NCBI GenBank assembly: GCA_019057865.1
Contig: JAHLWP010000001.1
Location: 32,001-96,000 of the forward strand
Direction: 5' to 3'
From: Promethearchaeota archaeon
GTDB lineage: Archaea; Asgardarchaeota; Lokiarchaeia; Sigyniarchaeales; SOKP01
DNA length: 64,000 bases
Part shown: piece after piece, positions 18,047 through 28,542 of the stretch
Layout: each line of letters begins with the position of its first letter
Numbering within the stretch: the stretch's first letter is position 1
Notes under the pieces: generated by a model
What the model was told of the DNA's origin: nothing
The model's database searches: none
What the model saw: only the letters and a program-made list of their open reading frames with translations
Translations under genes and position numbers: made by a program

Positions 18047-21000
18047 ATGAATACAAATTTTCATAAAAATACAAAATGCTTAATTTCAGTTATTCTTTTG
18101 TCGATGCTCGTAGTAAGCTCTTTGTCTACAATATTTCCAACGACTTCTAACGAAATGAACTCTGATTCTGATTTAGGAACTGATCCATTAAACCCAATTG
18201 ATGATAATTTGGAAATTTCTGATACTTATCAAGTTGGTGATGAATATGAATTGGATGAGTGGTGGAATACAACTTATAGATACCGAATTGGCATTGAAAT
18301 GGAAGAACTTGATGGTATAGATAGGTACGAACCTGTGGAACTTATCTTGGAATTTGAAGAAAATACGTATTATGAAGGTACTGAAAGAATTGTTGCATAC
18401 TATGGATATAATAATTGGAGCGATCCTATACCTGTTCAGGTTTGGAATGTTAATAAATATAGTGGTACTGATTTTATTCAAAATTGTTCAGCTACCTTTA
18501 TCGCGAGTGTTTCAGCAAATAGCAATCAAACTTACTTCTTTTACTATAATGAAAATGATGATAATATAGAAACTGTAGATATTTATGATACAGGTTTTGA
18601 AAGTGATTTTATCGGTGGAACGACTTTAACTGTTAATGTTGCAGGAGATTCCGGCTCTGATTATTCGTTAATACTTCAAGAAGGTTTTGGTGTAAAAGTC
18701 TTAAAAAAAGATGGTATTGATCTAAATTATCATCAGGCTGAATCATTAGCTCCAGAAAAACAATTAACACATCCAAATTTAGTATTTCTAGCTCATATGG
18801 ATGAAAATATGGGGAATATGGTTTATGATTCAACGGGTAATGTACCTTTAGGTGGTTTTGTCGATGGTGCTACCTGGACTTCTGGAATTGTAAGATATGG
18901 ATTACTTTTTGATGGTTCAAATGATTATGTTGATTTTGGGGCTGAGTTGGAATCCTCGGGTGATCCCTTTCATGGAGCAACTACACAATGGACTATGACA
19001 GCTTGGATTAAACCCGATGATTTAAGTGATTCTACTGCAACTAATCATGGCACCCAGAACTGTTTCATGGCTAAAGCAAGTGATCCTAGGAATGATAACT
19101 TTGAAATAGGTGTAAATACTAACGGCAAAATTCATGTATATCTTGATATGGATGGTAGAGATAGTCAATTAAATTTTGATCTTACTGGAACAGTTGAAGT
19201 AGATAAATGGAATTTTGTTGCATTAAAAGTAGATTTAGCTAAATCCAATTATAAAGTAGGAGTTAAAGTTAACGACGCTTCTTTTCAATATACAACCAAT
19301 TGGGATTCTGGTAATGATATGGATGAAGCATATGGCAGCACTTTTTCAATTGGATCATCAGAACATATAGATAATTATTTTGAGGGTAGTATTGATGAAG
19401 TTGCTTTTTATGATATTCCCCTTTCTGATGAAGATATTGAAAATTATAAATATCTATCTGAACCTTCTGTAATCGATCAAATAATTCAACTTGTAAAGGG
19501 GGATGTGTTTTCTCGATATCAAGTTGATTGGACTGAGACTTTTGATATGCATGTATCAGATATTTGTACTTTTTATTGGGATTATAATCTGTGGAGTATT
19601 GAACGTAGTATATATTTTGATGGTCCATACTACGCAAATGAATCTGCGATGATTCCATTGAATACACATTATAATTATACACTTATTGATGATCATGATT
19701 TATGCAGATACATCTATGATGGTAATATTGATATTGATATAACAGATCCTGATTTTACTGCGGAAGATTATACAGTTGTTTATAATTATCCGGATTTATC
19801 CAAGGATGCAATTGGAATTTTTGTAGAGAATTATACTTTGACCAACTCACTCCAAATGAGTATGACTTATTTTAATGGTACTACCAAGTATTATGATAAT
19901 TCAATAGATTTTACTCCAGGAGTGAATAATGATCTTGATAATAGTGGTGGAACTGCTATTAATACATTGGTTGTACAATTTTGGGAATTTGTTGATACTG
20001 TTCCCTATATTGGTGATAATGAATTAAGTTGGTATTTCAATAATATTAGTTCTTCACTTAAAAATCCTGTTAATATTTATATTTACGAGGAAGATAGTAG
20101 ATTCTATAATATCGAAGTATATGTTGAAGATTCCGATGGTAGACCTGTTCCTGAAGCAACAATTACTATTTGGAACAACACTGCTAGTGCTACTGAATAC
20201 CAATGGAACCAAGACACCGATACAATTGGATGGACTACTTTCAAGCGATTTATTAATGGAACATATGTTGTAAACGCATCCTATGTCAGATATGGGCAAA
20301 CTCTAACTATTACTACCTCTCAAACTGTCGTAAATCTCGGAGATATCGTTGATGAAAAAGGCGTCTATACTATAAATTTCTTAAACGTTGATCTAACATC
20401 TATCGTTTTAAATTGTTCAAGATATGATGAATTATTTGATTGGCAAGGACCATTATCAGGTGCTAAATTAAACTTTACATTTGATGATGGAACTGGACCA
20501 GTAGTACTTAATGGTTATGAAACAACTAATGCAACAGGTGCAGCTGTATTTCGCTGGAAGGATACAACTTCTGGTAATATATCTGTTTCAATTTTTTGGT
20601 ATGTCGACTGGATGGATGACATTTATACAGCGGATGATAATTTACCAGGTGATATTACTATAATTAATTTAAATTTTACCGAATCCGCATGGCATGAAGT
20701 TAGTATCATTGAAGGAAGAGAATTTCAAACTCATTTAAGAGTTTATGATGAAGGTGTACAATTAAAACAGTTGGGACAAATAATATATCTTTGGGTTAAT
20801 TTTTCTTATACCGAAAATAACACTAATCCAAAGGGGATGGAGGAGCCACTTACAATTACAATGGATCTAAAAGATGCTACACGAGTAATCAATCAAAATA
20901 CATTAGTTTTTAGCTCTGGAACTGGAGCAGGTAATTATAGCATTACATTTGATACTTCTCAACCAATAGAAATGGGTGGAGAGTCATGGCTTTCAAGTGT

Positions 21001-22357
21001 TTCATATACAGTTTTGATAACTGCAACAAAACCTGGTTTTGATACTGCTTTTAATTCGACAGAGATTACACTCTTAGATATACCTACCCGATTGAGCGCT
21101 AATGAAAGTAAATCCTACGCAAACTGGCTAGAACAACTCACTTTTGACGTTCATTTAGAATATGATGATTCTGGAATTTGGAGTGATTTAGATAATGCCC
21201 AGATTACATATTATGTATTTCAAGCTCCTGAGATCTTCGGAACTTTAACATGGTACGGTTCTGGTGGTTTATACAGGTTAGAAATGGACAGTACTGATTT
21301 TCCTGGAACGGGTGATTATGATTTAATTATAACAGCAATCCTACAAAATTATGAACCAAAAACAATTAACCATGAAATTGCAGTTCTTGAAATCAGAACA
21401 CTTTTGAATAGCTCGATATCAGTTTTTCAAAGCGTACAAGTCTATTTTAGTGAATCAGAGACTTTTTACTTTAATTATACTGAAGCTGCAACTGGTTTGG
21501 GATTATCTGGTGCTGAAATAGCTAAATTTGATTGGGAAAAGCAAGATGACCAAGGTAATCGTATAGGCGGAGGTTATGATGTTCCTCTGGTAAATGTAAT
21601 TGAAGGAATATATGCTCTCGATTTTGATACAGAGACTTTAGATATTGCGACTTATATATTTGATATTATAATTAAAAAAAATAATTACGAAGATAGAAGA
21701 GCAACCCTTTATCTTTATATTACAAATAGAGATTTTACCCCAATAGAAAAAAGAAAATACGAAGTTGTTTCTGGAAAATCATTAACAATCACACTAAACA
21801 TTACAGACTTTAAAACTCATGAACAATTAGATATCAATACTGCTTATGTATCATTTAGGGGTCAAACTTTCAACTTTACTGGAAGTGGAGGAATTTATAC
21901 ATCTACAATCACGAATATTCCTGATGCATTTATTATGCCAGAGACATTTCTTGGAACAATTACAATTATGAGAGAAAATTATACAACATTAGAAATCCAA
22001 ATTACAGTTGAGGTTCTTATGGTAGAGATTTTTCCAGGTATGCCACTATTCTATTTCTTAATGATTGTTGTCGCTGTGGGTGCTGTTGCTGGTAGTTTAG
22101 TTACTTATCGATATGTACAGCAACGCAGAATTCCTAAATTTGTTAAGAAAGCCAGAGAGATGAGAAGTAACATTAAAGGAAGAAAATCAATTTCGGATTC
22201 ACTTTTGTACCCTTCAAAAGAAGATTATATAATAAAGAGATTAGGAGATAAATGGGAAATGTTAGGATTGTCATTAGAAGATATACTAGGAATAGAAAGT
22301 AAGAAACGAAAAAATATGTCAGAAATTACTGAAGAATTTGAAGGAGGTGGTTTATAA
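18047..22357 (+). CDS. Large cell-surface protein: signal/anchor, LamG domain, Ig-like repeats, C-terminal TM and cytoplasmic tail
   Basis: Hydrophobic N-terminus; WWNTTYRYRI; LLFDGSNDYV...WIKP...FEGSIDEVAFY (LamG); TM near residue 1335; basic tail. Confidence 0.8.
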   Translation: MNTNFHKNTKCLISVILLSMLVVSSLSTIFPTTSNEMNSDSDLGTDPLNPIDDNLEISDTYQVGDEYELDEWWNTTYRYRIGIEMEELDGIDRYEPVELILEFEENTYYEGTERIVAYYGYNNWSDPIPVQVWNVNKYSGTDFIQNCSATFIASVSANSNQTYFFYYNENDDNIETVDIYDTGFESDFIGGTTLTVNVAGDSGSDYSLILQEGFGVKVLKKDGIDLNYHQAESLAPEKQLTHPNLVFLAHMDENMGNMVYDSTGNVPLGGFVDGATWTSGIVRYGLLFDGSNDYVDFGAELESSGDPFHGATTQWTMTAWIKPDDLSDSTATNHGTQNCFMAKASDPRNDNFEIGVNTNGKIHVYLDMDGRDSQLNFDLTGTVEVDKWNFVALKVDLAKSNYKVGVKVNDASFQYTTNWDSGNDMDEAYGSTFSIGSSEHIDNYFEGSIDEVAFYDIPLSDEDIENYKYLSEPSVIDQIIQLVKGDVFSRYQVDWTETFDMHVSDICTFYWDYNLWSIERSIYFDGPYYANESAMIPLNTHYNYTLIDDHDLCRYIYDGNIDIDITDPDFTAEDYTVVYNYPDLSKDAIGIFVENYTLTNSLQMSMTYFNGTTKYYDNSIDFTPGVNNDLDNSGGTAINTLVVQFWEFVDTVPYIGDNELSWYFNNISSSLKNPVNIYIYEEDSRFYNIEVYVEDSDGRPVPEATITIWNNTASATEYQWNQDTDTIGWTTFKRFINGTYVVNASYVRYGQTLTITTSQTVVNLGDIVDEKGVYTINFLNVDLTSIVLNCSRYDELFDWQGPLSGAKLNFTFDDGTGPVVLNGYETTNATGAAVFRWKDTTSGNISVSIFWYVDWMDDIYTADDNLPGDITIINLNFTESAWHEVSIIEGREFQTHLRVYDEGVQLKQLGQIIYLWVNFSYTENNTNPKGMEEPLTITMDLKDATRVINQNTLVFSSGTGAGNYSITFDTSQPIEMGGESWLSSVSYTVLITATKPGFDTAFNSTEITLLDIPTRLSANESKSYANWLEQLTFDVHLEYDDSGIWSDLDNAQITYYVFQAPEIFGTLTWYGSGGLYRLEMDSTDFPGTGDYDLIITAILQNYEPKTINHEIAVLEIRTLLNSSISVFQSVQVYFSESETFYFNYTEAATGLGLSGAEIAKFDWEKQDDQGNRIGGGYDVPLVNVIEGIYALDFDTETLDIATYIFDIIIKKNNYEDRRATLYLYITNRDFTPIEKRKYEVVSGKSLTITLNITDFKTHEQLDINTAYVSFRGQTFNFTGSGGIYTSTITNIPDAFIMPETFLGTITIMRENYTTLEIQITVEVLMVEIFPGMPLFYFLMIVVAVGAVAGSLVTYRYVQQRRIPKFVKKAREMRSNIKGRKSISDSLLYPSKEDYIIKRLGDKWEMLGLSLEDILGIESKKRKNMSEITEEFEGGGL

Positions 22358-23460
22358 TGCCAATTGGATTAGTAGTTATGAGATGGGATGAAAGAGTTGG
22401 TACTGAAATATTGGCAAAATATCCACCAGAAATAAATGTGACTGATAAAACACTTATGCAAGTATACAGCACACATGAATATAGCGGAGAGTCAGGGATG
22501 ATCAGTTTAATGATTGGCTCATTAAATATCGCATCATACTATACTGGCCCTGAAAGGGGCTTTTACATTTTATTACTTTTGAATATAGATGATGATCCTG
22601 ATGCTTATGAAGGCGGATTAGCTGATACTTCTAGGATGATTTTACAAAATCTTGAGGATGATTCATATTTACAATTGATTCCTTCACTTTTTCGAAGGCT
22701 ATCTGTTTATCCTACACTTAATAACGAGCAACGATTAGCTATGACATACCAAGACGAAATTAAACGTATGATTGTTAATCGTCTTAGAGATGAAGGCGTG
22801 GTTTCGAAATCTGAACTAATGGTTTGGTTAAAAGATAGGTATAAACAAGGTTTTGTTGATCTAGAAGGAGTTTTAATCGAATTAATTAAACGGGAAATCA
22901 TTAAAGAAGCTTCAGTAAAAGGAATGCCATCTGAATTAATATTTCTTACCAATGATATTTTGATGATGCGAGTTCCACCGGTTAAACTTCTCACTGATCC
23001 TGCGGATCGAGGATTACCTTCTCAACTTGTTAGCGATTACAGAACAGAATCTAAAAAATATTTCCAAAACTACCACCCAACAGAAGAAGACAATCTCAGA
23101 ATCATTGACATCATAATAAACCCACAGGTTTATGAAACATTACGTTTATTAAGAACTGCAATTGTTACTAAAAACGATCTAGAGAAACTCAAAAAGAAAG
23201 GCGTTGATGATGTTGATGAAATATTAAAGATGTTATGGGACAATCAAATGATCCAAGTCTTCCAAGATGAACGCAATAATGAATATTATGCTCTTGTAAC
23301 TGATTTCTATTTAGACCTTATATTTCCGAAATATCTTCTTAATATCATAAAAACAGAGTACGAACAAAAATCAAAAGCAGATCAAGTATTAATTGAATAC
23401 CTAACCGTTCTTGAAAATGCTTATACGAATTTAAAAGCAGCTATGAAATCGAAAGAGTAA
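22357..23460 (+). CDS. Longin/uDENN-like domain protein (Asgard type)
   Basis: N-terminal GLVVMRWDERVGTEILAKYP pattern; TAATG overlap with the upstream gene. Confidence 0.6.
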   Translation: MPIGLVVMRWDERVGTEILAKYPPEINVTDKTLMQVYSTHEYSGESGMISLMIGSLNIASYYTGPERGFYILLLLNIDDDPDAYEGGLADTSRMILQNLEDDSYLQLIPSLFRRLSVYPTLNNEQRLAMTYQDEIKRMIVNRLRDEGVVSKSELMVWLKDRYKQGFVDLEGVLIELIKREIIKEASVKGMPSELIFLTNDILMMRVPPVKLLTDPADRGLPSQLVSDYRTESKKYFQNYHPTEEDNLRIIDIIINPQVYETLRLLRTAIVTKNDLEKLKKKGVDDVDEILKMLWDNQMIQVFQDERNNEYYALVTDFYLDLIFPKYLLNIIKTEYEQKSKADQVLIEYLTVLENAYTNLKAAMKSKE

Positions 23461-23476
23461 ATTTTTAATAATTAAG

Positions 23477-23489
23477 TTTTTTTTTTTTT
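23477..23489 (+). terminator. Oligo-T terminator candidate
   Basis: Long T run just after the stop at 23460. Confidence 0.45.
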
Positions 23490-23582
23490 CTTATCCTATA
23501 GTTTCTTGTTTTAATCAAAACATTTTTCTACTTTTCGAGATTCTTTGACTTGATTAAAATTAAAAATATAGTGTGAAAAATT

Positions 23583-24902
23583 TTGGACTCAACAGAACAA
23601 TATTGGGAAACTCCCGAAGCAATGATGGATGGTATTGACTTAGAAAAATATATTATTGCATCATACATTATCAAACGTCCTCGTGGAATGAATGTTAATT
23701 ATTTGGCTCGTTTCGCTGCTATTGAACAATCAACTGGAACTTGGATAAGAGTACCAGCAGAAACTGCAGAAGTACGAAAACATCATGTCGCAAGAGTGCT
23801 TGGAGTTTATGAGTTGCCACATTATGAATACGTATTGCCGCCGAAGGATCAGTTAAAAGAGAGAATATATTTTGTGCAAATCGGATTTCCAATTGTAAAT
23901 ATTAAGGGAATGGGTATACCCATGCTATTCACGACTGTGATTGGTAATATTAGTATCACACATGGTTTAAAACTAGTAGATTTAGCATTTCCTAAAGCAT
24001 GGTTAGAAGATTTTAAAGGCCCTAAGTTCGGGATTGATGGAATTAGAAAACTTATGAATATACCTGAACGACCTCTATTAAATAATATGGTTAAACCTTG
24101 TACCGGTCACACTTGCGATGTCGCAGCTGATTTAGTATATAAAGCTGCAGTCGGTGGTTGTGATGTTGTAAAAGATGATGAGTTAATTTCTAATCCTTCC
24201 TTTAATACATTAGAAGAAAGAATTACAAAAGTCATGGAAGCTGTCGATAGAGCTGATTCTGAGAAAGGTGAGAAAACATTATATACTATCAATATCACTA
24301 CGAAATTCCCAGAGATGTTTGAAAAAGCTGACAAAATGATAGAATTAGGAGCAAATGCGTTAATGATAAATTATATAGCCACAGGTTATGAAGCTCTAAG
24401 ACAAATTGCTGAAGACCCTTCGATTAAAGTGCCAATCCTCGGTCATATGGATTTCGGTGGTTGTATGTTTGGTGGTGAATGGACAGGGATGACGAGCATG
24501 TTAACTTTTGGCAAATTACCGCGAATCTGTGGTGCTGATACAGTTGTAATTCCGGCTCCATATGGAAAAGCAGAAATCTTAGAAGAAAGATATGAACAAA
24601 ACCTAAAAGCACTTCGATATCCATTACAACATATTAAACCAACACTACCTATGCCTTCAGGGGGTATCACACCAGGGATGGTGGAGAAGACCATGAAGGA
24701 AGCTGGTAAAGATATTCTTATTGGTAGTGGTGGAGGTATTCATAGCCATCCTGATGGACCAATAGCAGGAGCAAAAGCCTTTAGGCAAGCAATTAATGCT
24801 GTCATGCAAGGAAAGAATGTAAGAGAAGTAGCTAAGGAGAAAAAAGAATTGGGAATAGCTCTTGGTGTTTGGGGTGGTGGAAAAACCCAATTAATAGAAT
24901 AA
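23583..24902 (+). CDS. RuBisCO-like protein (form IV)
   Basis: EQSTGTW, GPKFG, KP, KDDE, SGG and GGGIHSHPDG present; the His327-equivalent is missing (GADTVVIP). Confidence 0.85.
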   Translation: MDSTEQYWETPEAMMDGIDLEKYIIASYIIKRPRGMNVNYLARFAAIEQSTGTWIRVPAETAEVRKHHVARVLGVYELPHYEYVLPPKDQLKERIYFVQIGFPIVNIKGMGIPMLFTTVIGNISITHGLKLVDLAFPKAWLEDFKGPKFGIDGIRKLMNIPERPLLNNMVKPCTGHTCDVAADLVYKAAVGGCDVVKDDELISNPSFNTLEERITKVMEAVDRADSEKGEKTLYTINITTKFPEMFEKADKMIELGANALMINYIATGYEALRQIAEDPSIKVPILGHMDFGGCMFGGEWTGMTSMLTFGKLPRICGADTVVIPAPYGKAEILEERYEQNLKALRYPLQHIKPTLPMPSGGITPGMVEKTMKEAGKDILIGSGGGIHSHPDGPIAGAKAFRQAINAVMQGKNVREVAKEKKELGIALGVWGGGKTQLIE

Positions 24903-24914
24903 ATTACTTTTTTT

Positions 24915-25883
24915 TCATTTTATTTTGATGTAAGAATCATTTAGAATAACTCTTATTTTTGGATTAAACTCATTAATTTTGACATTTTTAGCTAGTTCAT
25001 TACCTCTTAAATCTAAATATTCTAGAGATAGTAAGGTCTTTAGATGATTAATATTCTCTAAATCAGTAATCTTATTATTTGTTAGTATTATAATCTTTAA
25101 ATTTAATAATTGGATCAACTCTTTAATGTTGGTAATTTGATTATTTGAAAGATCTATTTTCTCTAAATTGTTTAAATTGAGCAAGCCGTTGATATCAGAA
25201 AGTTTTTTTATATTATTTTTCCATCCCCATGGGGTCCCTTTAACTTCAAATTCCATATAATCTGATAAATCTAATTCCTTTATTAAAGCAGTTTGGGGAT
25301 CCAATTCATAATATACATTTGGAAACTGTTCTATTAAATGACGAATAGTTAAGTAATTAATCAAGATTTCACTTAATTCTTTATGAGTTAAATCCTCATA
25401 TTTTCTTTCTCTAAATAATCCTTTTAGAGTTTTTTTAAATCTTTTATTTTGAATGTTTTTATCCTTATTCAGATATTTTGTTTTTCTAATTTTTTTCAAT
25501 TGTTCAATTAAAATTGCTTTAGCTTCTTTGTCATTAATTTTTTCTAATGTCTTGATTATTGTTACCAAGCATTCATAATTCGATTCATGTTTAATCGCCC
25601 ATTTTAAAGGGACTAGTGCTTTTTCATTACTAAATTTCTTTTCTATAACTTTTGCTGCAGCATTTCTAATGTTTCCATTTGAATCAGAAATTAAAGCATT
25701 TTCCAAGATAATAAATGTTTTACCATTAAAAATTCCTATTTTTTCTAGGCTTTCAATGGATTTTACTCTATCATTTTCATTTTCACTATTTTCAATTAAT
25801 GAAATAAGGAGATCAAATGCTGTATGTTTATCTAAGTTATTATTCTCAAATTCTTCGCAAATTTTTTCTGGGGTTAAAATCAT
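24915..25883 (-). CDS. HEAT-repeat plus leucine-rich-repeat protein
   Basis: MxLTP start, LISDSxxxIRNAAA, PLKWA, and LxxLDLxxN repeats. Confidence 0.85.
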   Translation of the reverse strand: MILTPEKICEEFENNNLDKHTAFDLLISLIENSENENDRVKSIESLEKIGIFNGKTFIILENALISDSNGNIRNAAAKVIEKKFSNEKALVPLKWAIKHESNYECLVTIIKTLEKINDKEAKAILIEQLKKIRKTKYLNKDKNIQNKRFKKTLKGLFRERKYEDLTHKELSEILINYLTIRHLIEQFPNVYYELDPQTALIKELDLSDYMEFEVKGTPWGWKNNIKKLSDINGLLNLNNLEKIDLSNNQITNIKELIQLLNLKIIILTNNKITDLENINHLKTLLSLEYLDLRGNELAKNVKINEFNPKIRVILNDSYIKIK

Positions 25884-25903
25884 GTTAATTTTTATAACTT
25901 ATT

Positions 25904-28381
25904 TTAAATAATTTTGATTTCTAAAGAGATTTTATTCTTAAATTTGACAAATAATTTCCAGATATCATTTACTGGATCAATGATGGAATATTTAAAATTA
26001 TATTTTTCAATTTTTTTATTTTTTGGAAGTTTAAGAATAAGAAATCCTTCTCTAATCCCTATTAACTCAATTTCAATATTTAGTTCATTATATTCTTTAT
26101 ATTCATAACTTTTTACTTCACAACATCCTTGAGTAATATGTAAATTTGTAGAGAGTAAGATTGGTAAATCTTTTTCTCCATTTACTGGAATTAAATTAAG
26201 GTGTTTACATGCATGAGGATTAATTCTTGCTATTTTTATAGTATCATGAGTTTTATATTCCCCTAAGAATTTACTGTCCCAAAAATCATAAATATAGAAT
26301 TTTTTTAGATCATCAGAAAGATTTGGAATAATCTCAGATATTTTTAATTCTTTTGATATTGAATTATCTTCCCAATTGATAATTGCAATTAAATATCTTT
26401 TTCCTATAATTTCATTGGTTTCAAGCATATAGACAGAAGGCAATACTGAAGTGAATGCATCAATTAATATAGGATCATATTCATTTGAGTTATAGGGAGG
26501 CATTAATAATGTCGCATCATTGATTTCATCATCAGTTAGTTTAGTCATATCATCTGAAATTAAGATCTGACCTCCTGATAATCCAAATACTGTTATTTGT
26601 AGTTTTATTTCATCATTAGTTAATTTTGTATCAGTTCTTCTAATCATCAAGCAATCAGGATCATTTATCCAAAAATATTTATGCATAAAAGAACGATAGA
26701 GGATATTAAGTAAGGCTTCCATTAAGGCTGGTTGAGGTATCCCTCCTCCAATCTCATATTTCTCAAAATAATTAGCTATCCATTGAGGTGCGGTATCTTC
26801 ACTTATTCTCATGGCATCTACTAATCCAACACATGGTCCAAGTGGAGCACCACAGCCTAGAAGAAAGGAATCATCAGTAATAGCTTCTCTTATTGTCTTT
26901 AGGCCATTATAGTATAATTGGGCTCTCGTTAACGTTTTATCTTTATAATCTGCTCCAAAAGGAACAGCAGCATGAAGAAAATCGATTTTAAAAAATTCTA
27001 TCAAAGGATTTTCAGATTCAGAGTAATTTCTTTTAAATGCAAATACAAGGTCTTTAAAAAATTCATTTAAATACTCAAGTACTTCTTGATTAGATAGATC
27101 CAATCCATATTCTGAAGCCCCCCAATTAAAACATACTCTTAATAACTTATTTGACTTTTTAAGAAACCAATCTCGATGATTTGTAAATAAAGCAGATTTT
27201 TTCACCGCAAAAAAGGGTGCTGTCCATATGCCACCCTTAAATCCAGATTTCTTTATTTGATCAAATAACCATTCTAGACCTTTTTGAAATTTATTGTTTA
27301 TATGACTATAATCTCCTATTTTGGTAAAATATCCATCATCTAATTGGATAAAATCAATAGGCAAACTCTCTCTATTTTCTTTGAAAAAATTTAAATTTTT
27401 AATCATATCTTCTAGGGTAATATTAGTAAAATAATAATACCAACTACACCATCCAGTAGGTATTTTATCTATTCTTTTTTCTTTTATAAATGCTTTAACA
27501 GTTTTAGCATAATCAATCAATCCATAATACCCAAGATTATTTGATTTAAAACAAATAAATAGTTCTTCAGAAGAATTAATTGAGGATTCATTCAATTTAA
27601 TTCCATCCATACACCCGAAAGCAGTGAATAATTTAATATCTTCAGAAGTTTCATAATCCAATATTAATCTAGTGAATTGATCTTTGAATGAAATAAACCC
27701 TAAAATTAGAGTATTTTTAGACTGTAAATCTGTAACAGCTGTGCAATATTCACTATAAAACCTTCCCTCAATTTTATAGTCCTGATTATCATACATTAAA
27801 TTAAATACTTCTGTAGATGGCCCTTTATTATCTTTTTCATTTCCAAAAAAAATTCTACAAGGGCTCCAACTCTGAAATCCATTCTTAAACCATGTTATAT
27901 TATTTAGATTTGTGGGAGAGTCATCCCCAGATAACCATAACTTACTATTTTTAATAGTTAAAGGTGCTAAACTATGTACTGCTAAAGGATTTTTAGCTTT
28001 ATCATTAATATCTATTAATCTTATTAGAATAAAATGCTTATTATCATAAATTTTAAACTGGATTTTGTAGAATACTTCTTGTTCTTTATTATTAAATGAT
28101 TTAAAAATAATCTTCATGCCTGTTCCTATTGAATCCTCAATTTTTTCAACTTTACTATTAAAAGTATATTTTGTAGAACTATATTCTATTAAATCATTCA
28201 TATCAACCTTATAAAAATTCAATGATGAATAGCAACCTTTAAGGGAACACTTACTTTCATTATCTAAATCAAAATAGATAACATATTTTCCTCGATCCTG
28301 TCCGTTCTTATAAAATTTAAAACCAATAATTCCATTATGAACTTCAACTATATCATAATTGTTTTGAATTATATTTAACAA
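25904..28381 (-). CDS. Alpha-galactosidase-like glycoside hydrolase (GH36)
   Basis: GWCSWY, IQLDDGY, FKIDF, LGCGAP, MRISED and NDPD motifs. Confidence 0.9.
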   Translation of the reverse strand: MLNIIQNNYDIVEVHNGIIGFKFYKNGQDRGKYVIYFDLDNESKCSLKGCYSSLNFYKVDMNDLIEYSSTKYTFNSKVEKIEDSIGTGMKIIFKSFNNKEQEVFYKIQFKIYDNKHFILIRLIDINDKAKNPLAVHSLAPLTIKNSKLWLSGDDSPTNLNNITWFKNGFQSWSPCRIFFGNEKDNKGPSTEVFNLMYDNQDYKIEGRFYSEYCTAVTDLQSKNTLILGFISFKDQFTRLILDYETSEDIKLFTAFGCMDGIKLNESSINSSEELFICFKSNNLGYYGLIDYAKTVKAFIKEKRIDKIPTGWCSWYYYFTNITLEDMIKNLNFFKENRESLPIDFIQLDDGYFTKIGDYSHINNKFQKGLEWLFDQIKKSGFKGGIWTAPFFAVKKSALFTNHRDWFLKKSNKLLRVCFNWGASEYGLDLSNQEVLEYLNEFFKDLVFAFKRNYSESENPLIEFFKIDFLHAAVPFGADYKDKTLTRAQLYYNGLKTIREAITDDSFLLGCGAPLGPCVGLVDAMRISEDTAPQWIANYFEKYEIGGGIPQPALMEALLNILYRSFMHKYFWINDPDCLMIRRTDTKLTNDEIKLQITVFGLSGGQILISDDMTKLTDDEINDATLLMPPYNSNEYDPILIDAFTSVLPSVYMLETNEIIGKRYLIAIINWEDNSISKELKISEIIPNLSDDLKKFYIYDFWDSKFLGEYKTHDTIKIARINPHACKHLNLIPVNGEKDLPILLSTNLHITQGCCEVKSYEYKEYNELNIEIELIGIREGFLILKLPKNKKIEKYNFKYSIIDPVNDIWKLFVKFKNKISLEIKII

Positions 28382-28542
28382 AATTATCTCCCCCCATATA
28401 ATCCATCAAGTTATATAATAATAGTCTTAAATTATTATCTTAATAAATTATTTCTTGTTTTACTTAATACTCAATAGAGTCTGAATTAAATATTTAATAA
28501 ATTAAAAGTAGCATAGGAGGATAGTTTAATTCTTCATTCAAT

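Noticed and set aside
23583-24902. Bona fide form III RuBisCO
   Set aside because: The His327-equivalent is absent and several active-site neighbours differ, so it was called form IV.
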